The notes under the pieces: generated by a model
Told to the model about the DNA's origin: nothing
What the model saw: the letters and a program-made list of their open reading frames with translations, nothing else
Databases searched by the model: none
Part shown: in pieces, positions 48,544-56,853 of the stretch
How positions within the stretch are numbered: the stretch's first letter is position 1
Layout: each line of letters starts with the position of its first letter
NCBI GenBank assembly: GCA_905236805.1
Contig: CAJOPH010000029.1
Coordinates: 1-57,277, forward strand
DNA from: an uncultured Eubacterium sp.
GTDB taxonomy: Bacteria; Bacillota; Clostridia; Lachnospirales; Lachnospiraceae
DNA: 57,277 nt
Direction: 5' to 3'
Position numbers and translations under genes: made by a program

Positions 48544-50593
48544 AAGATCCTCCCGTTAGTTTTTTTATGCACCTTGCCATTTCCTTTATACCGACAGGCT
48601 TAGGCAAAAATTCATCAAACCCCTCAGCCAGAAATCCCTCTCTCGCGCCGCTTACGGCGTTAGCTGTAAGTACCACGATCGGACGTTTGCTGTAAAATCC
48701 GTTTCTGATCCGCCTTATTTCCTTCATGGCATCCGTCCCGTTTTGGAGCGGCATCATGTGATCCATAAATATTATATCAAAATCATTGACGGCGCAGAGG
48801 TCTTTGGCTTCCCGGCCGCTATTTGCTTCCGAAACCATAACCCCCATTTTTCCCAGTATGCCCCTTGCTACCATGATATTCATTTTCTCATCATCCACCA
48901 CAAGGGCATGTACTTTCCCACTTACGGTAAATTCCTGATCATCGGAAGTTTCGGAAAGCGACATCGTTTTGCTCCCGGGCGATGTTTTTTTAAGGAAATC
49001 AACGACCGAAAGCAAAAAAACGGGCTTGGGAATGACAGTGATGTGACTTCCTTCTTTCAGGGAAAAATCAGGTCCCGCAAAGATACATACCCATATCTGT
49101 TTTGCTTTTTTTTCAAAGAAATCAGGATCTGTTTCATATTCCCTCTGCGCGATAAAGATATGGGTGATTTTTCCATGGGATACAAGTTCTTTTAGATTGT
49201 CAATAGACGAAGCGATCTCAACGTTTACGCCGATATCCTTTACCACATGATCTACGACCCGGTAGTAGTATTCACCGACCTCATACCTTACATATTTCTT
49301 CCTGTCAAACCAGCACAGCGCACGATATCCGCCCACGTTTTCAATGGCTATGGAAGGAGTCTTGTCTATTACTTTCTGCGGCAGCGTTAAATGAACATTG
49401 GTACCTTCCTCGCTGCTTTTCATGGACATAAAGCCCTGCATGGAGGTCACTATCCCATGCGCGATATATAGTCCCAGGCCAAGTCCTCCCTTTTTTCTGT
49501 CCGTGTTGGTATCTCCGGCATAGACCCCTTCCCTGTATTTTGACAGCTCTTTAGGATTCATGCCCTTACCGGTATCACGGATATCGATATTCAGGTTTAT
49601 CCCATAGTCAGTATCCCGTTTGCTCACATAAATATAACCGCCGCCTACTTCCGTGAATTTCACGGCATTGTCAAGCAAAATGACGATGAGCTTTCTGATG
49701 CGTTTCGCATCACCCAAAAGGACTCTTGGAATATCAGGGTCAATATCTATGGCAAAGTCAAGATCCATCTGTTTGCTCCCGAACACCATTCCCACGGAAT
49801 CATTGACCACTGACAAGATTTCGTACTCTTCTTCGGAAAGCTTAAAATACCCTGACTGAAGCTCAGAGTAGTTTAAGATATCGCTTACCTCCCTGCGCAT
49901 ACGCCTGCCGGCGCGGAATATCGCATTCAGGTTTTTCCTGTCTTCATCGCTTCGTTTTTCGGAAAGCATCAGCTCGGAAATCCCGCTCACCACATTTATC
50001 GGTGTGCGAAGCTCATGGGACATATTGGAAAGAAAACGCTTTGTTTCTTCATGCGCTTCATCTACCTCCTTGCGGAGGGCTTCCTTTTCCCCGGAATCCT
50101 TCTGGTAAATACTCATAAAATAAAGGGATATGACGGTCGCGAAAAACAAACAGAATATTCCCAGCGCTATCCTGGAATAAACGATCTGTTCGGTTCCCGG
50201 CTCCAGGAAATGAACAAAGAAAATACTTTCAAAAATATATGCAAGATAGGATACCGCCACGAGGATCACGAGTTTCTTGTCATTTTGCCTGGAAAGAAGT
50301 ATGATCAAAAGACACAAGAGGATCGGCACATCCGTTATGCTCTGTCCCTTCCCCCCGTAATAGCCAAGGACACAGAGCATAACGATCACGTAAAAGTATA
50401 GCCTAAGGCCTGCTTTTCCTATATCGAGGAAATGGATACACCAGCACAGAAGCACTGATAACGTAACGGGAAGCAGTGCCCACGCTCCCCAGTCAGAGAT
50501 GACTATGATCACATCCAGAAGGGCGCACATCACCGTAAATGAGACCAAAACCACCACATGAAAGCCTGTTTCCATTTCTTTATCCTGTGCCAT
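48536..50593 (-). CDS. hybrid sensor histidine kinase (polytopic N-terminus, HisKA-HATPase, pseudo-receiver-like insert, receiver)
   Basis: 685 aa with about six N-terminal TM, the H-box FLSNMSHELRTPINVVSG, DTGKGM, GGLGLGLYIA and a C-terminal REC (ALVVDDEKMN...IFMDHMMP). Its stop overlaps the next kinase start within ATGAGTGA. Confidence 0.85.
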   Translation of the reverse strand: MAQDKEMETGFHVVVLVSFTVMCALLDVIIVISDWGAWALLPVTLSVLLCWCIHFLDIGKAGLRLYFYVIVMLCVLGYYGGKGQSITDVPILLCLLIILLSRQNDKKLVILVAVSYLAYIFESIFFVHFLEPGTEQIVYSRIALGIFCLFFATVISLYFMSIYQKDSGEKEALRKEVDEAHEETKRFLSNMSHELRTPINVVSGISELMLSEKRSDEDRKNLNAIFRAGRRMRREVSDILNYSELQSGYFKLSEEEYEILSVVNDSVGMVFGSKQMDLDFAIDIDPDIPRVLLGDAKRIRKLIVILLDNAVKFTEVGGGYIYVSKRDTDYGINLNIDIRDTGKGMNPKELSKYREGVYAGDTNTDRKKGGLGLGLYIAHGIVTSMQGFMSMKSSEEGTNVHLTLPQKVIDKTPSIAIENVGGYRALCWFDRKKYVRYEVGEYYYRVVDHVVKDIGVNVEIASSIDNLKELVSHGKITHIFIAQREYETDPDFFEKKAKQIWVCIFAGPDFSLKEGSHITVIPKPVFLLSVVDFLKKTSPGSKTMSLSETSDDQEFTVSGKVHALVVDDEKMNIMVARGILGKMGVMVSEANSGREAKDLCAVNDFDIIFMDHMMPLQNGTDAMKEIRRIRNGFYSKRPIVVLTANAVSGAREGFLAEGFDEFLPKPVGIKEMARCIKKLTGGSYE

Positions 50594-50607
50594 CTTTCCA
50601 CTCCTCC

Positions 50608-50652
50608 TATATGTGAAACACCTATATGCGAAACACCTTCATGCGAAACACC
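50608..50652. repeat. three tandem 15-nt direct repeats in the intergenic spacer upstream of the kinase gene
   Basis: The plus strand reads TATATGTGAAACACC / TATATGCGAAACACC / TTCATGCGAAACACC, contiguous, ending about 15 nt before the AGGAGG RBS of the 48536-50593 gene (minus strand). Confidence 0.85.
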
Positions 50653-50671
50653 TTCCGGTTCCTTTGGAAAC

Positions 50672-52060
50672 TTATTTTTCCCTCATGTCGTAATCCTTAT
50701 CCTCATCTATCATCTCCAGCATGATGTCCGCAATCTGCCCGTCAAACTGCGTGCCCTTCCCCTTCTCTATCTCGGAGCGCACCACCTCCTGCGGAAGCGC
50801 TTTACGGTAGCTTCTGTTTGAAGTCATGGCGTCATAACAGTCTGCCACGCAGATGATCCGTGCCACCTCCGGTATATCATCTCCGCAAAGTCCGTCAGGG
50901 TAGCCTTTGCCGTCTATACGCTCGTGATGCCAGTGGGCTCCCACCGAAAGCCCCGGCATCTCTGATATGGTTTCAAGGATCAAAGCCCCCTTTACCGTAT
51001 GGCTCTTTATCACCTCAAACTCTTCATCCGTAAGCTTTGCCGGCTTGTTTATGATCTCATTCGGGATGCCAATCTTTCCGACGTCATGAAGCATCGCCGC
51101 ATAATAAATATCGTTTACCTCATCATCCTTTTTACCCATACGCCTGGCCAGCTCCCTGGAGTATGCAGCGACCCGGTTCGAATGTCCGTTCGTGTATGTA
51201 TCCTTTGCGTCAATAGCACCGGAAAGGGCAAAAATGATCTGCTCCGAGAGCTTTTGGATCTTGCCAATGCTCGCGATAAGATCCTTGGTCTTTCTGTCCA
51301 CCTCGGCCTGAAGGAAATTTTGGAGCCTGTGAAGCTCCGTGATGCGGTGCACCCTCTCCCTTACGATCTCTGCATCGAAAGGCTTTCGGATAAAGTCCAT
51401 GACCCCCATCCGAAAGAGCCTTTTTTCCACTTCCCTGTCATCGTCCGCCGTAAGAACGACGACCGGAACCCCCCTTACCCTATCCATCTGTTTCATTCCG
51501 GCGAAGGTCTCCTCCCCGTCAATCCCCGGCATTTTGTAATCCAGCAGGATGATATCAGGCTCGTTTTCCTGAAGGAAATCCAAGCCTTCCTCTCCGGAAG
51601 AGACGGATGATACCTGATATATCCCGTCAAAGATCTTTTTCATCATCATATGGTTCATCGGTTCATCGTCAATGACCAGCATGAGAAGGTTGTCCTTTTC
51701 GGCCAAGGCATCCTCTACGGCGGCAATCATTTCCTTAGGCCTCAGGGGCTTTTTTATAAAGCCTTTTGCCCCAAGGCGAATCGCCTCTGACATATCATCC
51801 TGTGATCCTGACGCGGTAAGAAAAGCTACCCGAAGCTCCGATAAGGAAGGATTCTTCCTTATCTCTTCAAGCGTCTGTATTCCGTCCATTTCAGGCATTT
51901 CGACATCCAGAAGCAAAAGGTCTACCGGAACTTCCCCAAGAACCCCAAGGCACTCCTTTCCGGAATTGGCCGTAATGACCTCGTAGCCTGCTTTTTCCAG
52001 GACGAATTTTGTGTTCATACGGTTCATCTTCTCATCATCTGTGACAAGTATTTTTTTCAT
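50672..52060 (-). CDS. response regulator with two receiver domains and an HD-GYP output domain
   Basis: 462 aa. REC1 is ILVTDDEKMN...LLLLDVEMPEMDG and REC2 is LVIDDEPMN...IILLDYKMPGIDG, followed by HDVGKIGIP and HHERIDGKGYPDG. Confidence 0.9.
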   Translation of the reverse strand: MKKILVTDDEKMNRMNTKFVLEKAGYEVITANSGKECLGVLGEVPVDLLLLDVEMPEMDGIQTLEEIRKNPSLSELRVAFLTASGSQDDMSEAIRLGAKGFIKKPLRPKEMIAAVEDALAEKDNLLMLVIDDEPMNHMMMKKIFDGIYQVSSVSSGEEGLDFLQENEPDIILLDYKMPGIDGEETFAGMKQMDRVRGVPVVVLTADDDREVEKRLFRMGVMDFIRKPFDAEIVRERVHRITELHRLQNFLQAEVDRKTKDLIASIGKIQKLSEQIIFALSGAIDAKDTYTNGHSNRVAAYSRELARRMGKKDDEVNDIYYAAMLHDVGKIGIPNEIINKPAKLTDEEFEVIKSHTVKGALILETISEMPGLSVGAHWHHERIDGKGYPDGLCGDDIPEVARIICVADCYDAMTSNRSYRKALPQEVVRSEIEKGKGTQFDGQIADIMLEMIDEDKDYDMREK

Positions 52061-52121
52061 GGTTATTTCCGCCTATGATCGAAAAAATTGCGTAGTCATT
52101 TTTTTGCAGTTCCTTACTATA

Positions 52122-55100
52122 CTACAAAAGATTTTCCAGGGTCTCGAAGAGAACATCCGGTTCTATCGGTTTTGAAAGGTGTGCGTTAAGTCCGGCCTGC
52201 AGGCTATGCTGCACGTCCTCATCAAAAGCATTGGCTGTAAGCGCAATGATAGGTATTGTTTTTGCATCCGGCCTGTCCTTTTGCCTGATAAGCTCCGTCG
52301 CCTGAAGTCCATCCAGCTCCGGCATGCGCATATCCATAAGGATCGCGTCATAATATCCTTCAGGATTATCCATAAACATATCTACCGCTATTTGTCCATT
52401 GGCGGCATGCTCCGACTTGATGTCCCTCATCTCCAATATGTTCATGAGGATCTCGGCATTGATATCCACATCCTCTGCCACCAGTATTCTTTGCCCGCCA
52501 AGCTCTGCTTTCTTCTCCCCCGGTCCCGCACTCTTTTTCTTCATGGAATTCTTGAATTCCTCAAAGAGATTGCCTATGAACAATGGCTTTGATATGAAGC
52601 TGTCCACTCCGGAAGAAACTGCCTCATCTAATATGTCGTCCCAATTATAGGCCGTAAGTATGATGATCGCTGATTCATCACCTACTTCCGACCTTATCTG
52701 CCTCGTGGTCTCGACCCCGTCCATCCCGGGCATCTGCCAATCCACCACGATCAGATTGTAAGGCTCCATCCTTCCATGGCGAAGCTTTACCATCTCTAAT
52801 GCTTCTTCACCTGAATGGGCAATATCTGCTGACACTCCCGCCTTGCCAAGAACCAGCTTCGCATGGTCACATGCAACGGAATCATCATCCACGATAAGAA
52901 CCGTCATCTCCTCGGGATTGATCTCTATATCCCCATCGTCCGCCGAAAAATCCCTTGACGAATCCAAAAGGGTGACAGTCACGGTGAAGGTGGTTCCCTT
53001 TCCCTTTTCGCTTTCCACCTCTATGTCACCATTCATCATCTCCACGATACTTTTGGTGATCGCCATACCCAGCCCTGAGCTTCCGTACTTGTTGGCGGCC
53101 ATCTCGTCTTCCTGGCTGAAGGTTTCGAATATCTTCGGGATATACTCCTTGCTCATTCCGATACCGGTATCGGCCATGACAAACCTTAATGTCGACCTGT
53201 TGTCAAATCCTCCGGTCTTTTCCACCCGGAAATCAACTCTTCCGCCTTCCGGGGTGAACTTCACCGCGTTGCCCAGGATATTGATAAGGATCTGCCTTAG
53301 CTTGGTACTGTCACCTACGTAATAATCTTCTACGTTTCCCTTGATATTGCAATTGTATTCAAGACCCTTTTCCCTGCACTGTCCGCTTATTATGGTATTG
53401 ACCTGCTCCAACAGCTTGGAAAATGAAAACTCCCCGTTTCTCAAAGTCATCCTTCCCGACTCGATACGGGACATGTCCAGAATATCATTGATAAGGGAAA
53501 GAAGATGCTGCGCGGAGCCCCCTATCTTTTCGAGATAATCTCTCGTGGTATCAGAGATATCCTCATCATTTAGAGCAAGGCTGTCAAGACCGATTATCGC
53601 ATTCATCGGTGTCCTTATCTCATGGCTCATGTTGGAAAGAAATACGGTCTTTGCCCTGCTTGCCTCCTCGGCCGTCTTTAAGGCATCGCTTAGGGCCTGT
53701 CTCTTTTCAAGGGAATCCCTCATGTCCTTGTCAATATCGGTAAAGCCCACGCCCACGGCATGGACCCTGTGGTCGTCCCTGTCCTCGGCATGGCGCACAC
53801 CCGCCATCCTCAGCATTTCATAGCTTTCCACACCATCCCTTATGACGAGGTACCTGTAGCTTATTATCACTTCATTGGCAAGCCTTCCCCTGATATGGTC
53901 AGGCTTTATGAATTCAAAAAAGCCGTCCCTGTAATCCTCCGCAACGTATTTTTGCGCATATTCACCAAATGTGCTCGCAAAGTGGAAATGCCCTACCTGG
54001 CTGATGCCGTCATCAAAATTTCTGTCGTTTTGGTAGCATATTCCATCATCATTGTCAAGGTCTACATAATATACGCTCCTGTAATCCGAAGCCAGGGCCG
54101 TGATCATCTTGTCCTGCCTGGTTCTTTGCTTTTCCTTTTCCAAAAGCTCCTCCTGCAGGGCAAGCTGCTCCTCGAGCTCCTCCTGGCGGACGCGGTTTTC
54201 GGTCTCCGAAATCTCCTTGTCCAGGGTCAGCTGAGCCGCCTTTTTTGACTGCAGAATGACAAACAAAAATATGCCCACGATCATTACCGCCGCGACCACG
54301 GACAGCACCAGGCTTCTCGTGATTATCTTGTCTGATATGGTGTTCATCTGCTCACTTATGACACTCTCCCTGACAAGGTATGTAAGCATCCAGTCAGTGC
54401 CGGAAACAGGAACATAATATAAGGTTTCCTTGATATCATTATAAGTAAATGATGCCACTCCCTTAATCGATTCATTAAAGTCCTTACTCACCTCTTCTAT
54501 GGAATACTCATCTTCAAAATCCGCATGCTCCAATGCCAAAAGAAGATTGTCCTCGCTCGCAAGGCCTCCCAACACCATGTTGGCCAGGGATATCCCGTCT
54601 TTGGTATAGATGTTGCAAAATGTCGTGTTGTTACCGGACTGAAGAGATATCCCGGAAAGCATGTTGTCCATGTCTATTTCAACAAAGCATGCGACAAGTG
54701 TATCTCCCTGAAAGGAAAGCCTGTCCACCGGAACGGCTATGATCACCTTTTTATTATCGCCCTTGACATCCTTGACCGAAATCTGTGGCTCGGAGATTTC
54801 ATTATAATCAAAGCCATATTCTTCAATATCGGTCCTTGTTCCCCTGGACGTATATATCATCCCATCCGTACCGACAAAGGCAAACTTTTCAAAACCGTAC
54901 ATCTGCTTCATTTTTGCCTGGTATGCCTGGAAGTTATCGACACTTTTGAGGTCTTGTTTATCCATCAGCCACAGGGCGATATCAATATCCGAGATATAAT
55001 CATCCAGAACAGACTCGACTACCTGCTCCCTTCTTCCTGCCAATTCCTCCAGATACAAAAGGCTTACGTTTCTAACAGCCGTACCGGTATCATTGCTCGC

Positions 55101-55208
55101 GCTTCTTCCCGTCATCAGGGTTCCCACCACGAGAACGCCCGCCACTATCACACTGCCGATTATAAGGATCGGCATAATGCTTTTCCTTTCTTTGTTTTTA
55201 GATGCCAT
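52122..55208 (-). CDS. hybrid sensor histidine kinase (Cache-like sensor, coiled coil, PAS-like domain, HisKA-HATPase, two receivers)
   Basis: 1028 aa with two TM flanking an extracytoplasmic domain of about 270 aa. The H-box FLSNMSHEIRTPMNAIIGL, DTGIGM and GLGMAITKSIV are present. REC1 is VLIVDDDSVA...LIVVDWQMPGMDG and REC2 is ILVAEDVDIN...AILMDMRMPELDG. Confidence 0.9.
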   Translation of the reverse strand: MASKNKERKSIMPILIIGSVIVAGVLVVGTLMTGRSASNDTGTAVRNVSLLYLEELAGRREQVVESVLDDYISDIDIALWLMDKQDLKSVDNFQAYQAKMKQMYGFEKFAFVGTDGMIYTSRGTRTDIEEYGFDYNEISEPQISVKDVKGDNKKVIIAVPVDRLSFQGDTLVACFVEIDMDNMLSGISLQSGNNTTFCNIYTKDGISLANMVLGGLASEDNLLLALEHADFEDEYSIEEVSKDFNESIKGVASFTYNDIKETLYYVPVSGTDWMLTYLVRESVISEQMNTISDKIITRSLVLSVVAAVMIVGIFLFVILQSKKAAQLTLDKEISETENRVRQEELEEQLALQEELLEKEKQRTRQDKMITALASDYRSVYYVDLDNDDGICYQNDRNFDDGISQVGHFHFASTFGEYAQKYVAEDYRDGFFEFIKPDHIRGRLANEVIISYRYLVIRDGVESYEMLRMAGVRHAEDRDDHRVHAVGVGFTDIDKDMRDSLEKRQALSDALKTAEEASRAKTVFLSNMSHEIRTPMNAIIGLDSLALNDEDISDTTRDYLEKIGGSAQHLLSLINDILDMSRIESGRMTLRNGEFSFSKLLEQVNTIISGQCREKGLEYNCNIKGNVEDYYVGDSTKLRQILINILGNAVKFTPEGGRVDFRVEKTGGFDNRSTLRFVMADTGIGMSKEYIPKIFETFSQEDEMAANKYGSSGLGMAITKSIVEMMNGDIEVESEKGKGTTFTVTVTLLDSSRDFSADDGDIEINPEEMTVLIVDDDSVACDHAKLVLGKAGVSADIAHSGEEALEMVKLRHGRMEPYNLIVVDWQMPGMDGVETTRQIRSEVGDESAIIILTAYNWDDILDEAVSSGVDSFISKPLFIGNLFEEFKNSMKKKSAGPGEKKAELGGQRILVAEDVDINAEILMNILEMRDIKSEHAANGQIAVDMFMDNPEGYYDAILMDMRMPELDGLQATELIRQKDRPDAKTIPIIALTANAFDEDVQHSLQAGLNAHLSKPIEPDVLFETLENLL

Positions 55209-55300
55209 ATGGCCTTACCCCTCACTTTTAATAGGTCACTGCAAATAAGCTGCCCTACAATGATACCATGGAAATCGTGGAATTTCAAGAGTTTGCGGCA

Positions 55301-55333
55301 CAAAAATAAAGGAAACGGCTTTATCCGTTTCCT
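55301..55333 (-). terminator. rho-independent terminator downstream of the yfbR-like gene
   Basis: A 9-bp stem AGGAAACGG/CCGTTTCCT (55310-55333) with a 6-nt loop, followed on the minus strand by TTATTTTTG. Confidence 0.7.
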
Positions 55334-55344
55334 ATTTCCACTAT

Positions 55345-55929
55345 TTACAGCTCATCCAAGGTCTTGCCATATGATGGCAAAAACTCCGATACGAATATCC
55401 CGGCCTCCGGGTATTCTTCACACAGCTTTTCGACTGACTTCCCTATCGTGTCTTTTGCCACGGAAAATTCCCCGTTGCCCGCCTTTTCCTCTTCCAGGCA
55501 TTTGATGTACGCGGAAAGCTTGTCGGCCACCTTCACCAGCCCCCTTATGTATTCTTCACCATCCCTTCCCTTGAATATCTCCCCGTACTCACCCCTCAGG
55601 CTGTCGGGAAGCTTCTCCAGCAGCCTGTACTGTGCAATCTTTTCGATATTCCTGTAGGTTTCCCTCATTTCCCTGCTGTAGTACTTTACGGGTGTGGGAA
55701 GATCCCCCGTTATGATCTCGGTCGCATCATGATAGAGCCCTATCACCGCGGCTCTGTCAGCATCCAGGTCTTTTCCGAGCCTCTTGTTTCCTATCAGGCA
55801 CAGCGCATGGGCTATCATCGCCACTTCCATCGAATGCTCCGAGAGATTTTCCACCCTGGAGCTTCGCATCAGCCCCCATCTTTCTATGTATTTCATCCTC
55901 GCTACGGCAGCAAAAAAATCTCCTTCCAT
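55345..55929 (-). CDS. HD-domain 5'-deoxynucleotidase, YfbR-like
   Basis: 194 aa with MKYIERWGLMRSSRVENLSEHSMEVAMIAHAL and YHDATEIITGDLPTPVKY, the YfbR-type HD motifs. Confidence 0.8.
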   Translation of the reverse strand: MEGDFFAAVARMKYIERWGLMRSSRVENLSEHSMEVAMIAHALCLIGNKRLGKDLDADRAAVIGLYHDATEIITGDLPTPVKYYSREMRETYRNIEKIAQYRLLEKLPDSLRGEYGEIFKGRDGEEYIRGLVKVADKLSAYIKCLEEEKAGNGEFSVAKDTIGKSVEKLCEEYPEAGIFVSEFLPSYGKTLDEL

Positions 55930-55951
55930 ATCTTCCCTCTCTTCTTATTTT

Positions 55952-55991
55952 TATTGTTACGGTTTATATTGTTACGGTTTTTATTGTAACG
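55952..55991. repeat. about 2.7 tandem copies of a 15-nt unit upstream of the yfbR-like gene
   Basis: TATTGTTACGGTTT occurs at 55952-55965 and again at 55967-55980. A degenerate third copy, TATTGTAACG, lies at 55982-55991. Confidence 0.8.
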
Positions 55992-56027
55992 AAGGAATAA
56001 TTCGTTCGTGCCGCATTGAACGATGCT

Positions 56028-56795
56028 TTACTCTGTCGGAACAAATACCTCCAAGACCGTGCCGTTTGTGCTTACCTCAAGCCCTTCATCGGTCTTCTTC
56101 CATTCATATGTTCCTGCGCTTTCATCTCCTAATATAAGCTTTTTCTTTTTGACTTCAAGATTGTCCGTAATGACTGTTTCCATAGTACCGTCCTTGTGGA
56201 AGATGTAACCCGTACTCTCACCCATGGAATAAACGCCATCGAAATTCTCTGTTCCCACAAGTCCGTCTGTCCCCTCCATGTATACAAGAGGAAGTAAAGT
56301 ACCATCTTCCGTAGAAAGATTAAATCCTGTCGTCGTCTCCGTAATGTCATATGCAGCATTATTAAGACCGGGAATATCAATCGTAATCTTTCCGTCATCA
56401 TCAAAGCTATATGTTCCCTCGGTCACTATCGAATACTTATCTCCCAAAAAAGCGTAGAAATTATCCTCAACGACAGTACCATCGGTTAGCTTAATATGGT
56501 ATTTTCCGTCAAACGTATCTCCTGAGCCCTCAGACGCATTCTGCGCCGCCTCCAGATCGGCTGCAAAAGTGTTTTCTTTCTCCGATGCATCATGGTCACC
56601 GGCCTGCAGTTCATTGATCTTTGCCACGCCCTCAGCCGGAGTAAGTTCTTCGCCTTCCGGGTTTTCATCTCCTGATGCCTCTTCCTTTATTGCCCCGGCA
56701 TCGGAAGAAATGCCGGTCGCTGCGTCCCCGCATCCAATGAGAGAAGCTGAAGCCAGTGCAGCGCAAAGCAACGTCGCTATGAATTTACTTTTCAT
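56028..56795 (-). CDS. lipoprotein, function unknown
   Basis: 255 aa with a signal peptide and lipobox (LLCAALASASLIGCG), an acidic low-complexity linker, then a beta-rich domain. Confidence 0.75.
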   Translation of the reverse strand: MKSKFIATLLCAALASASLIGCGDAATGISSDAGAIKEEASGDENPEGEELTPAEGVAKINELQAGDHDASEKENTFAADLEAAQNASEGSGDTFDGKYHIKLTDGTVVEDNFYAFLGDKYSIVTEGTYSFDDDGKITIDIPGLNNAAYDITETTTGFNLSTEDGTLLPLVYMEGTDGLVGTENFDGVYSMGESTGYIFHKDGTMETVITDNLEVKKKKLILGDESAGTYEWKKTDEGLEVSTNGTVLEVFVPTE

Positions 56796-56821
56796 TATTG
56801 CTATACCTCCTCTGAAGCTAC

Positions 56822-56850
56822 ATTATAGCACATATAAAAAACGAATGCAA
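56822..56850 (-). promoter_or_regulatory. sigma-A promoter with extended -10, upstream of the lipoprotein gene
   Basis: The minus strand reads TTGCAT (56845-56850), a 17-nt spacer, TGCTATAAT (TATAAT at 56822-56827), then GGAGG and the ATG. Confidence 0.6.
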
Positions 56851-56853
56851 GAA

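Noticed and set aside
50608-50652. A CRISPR-like or minisatellite array.
   Set aside because: There are only three contiguous 15-nt units with no spacers, and no cas genes in the window. I report it as a short tandem repeat, not a CRISPR array.
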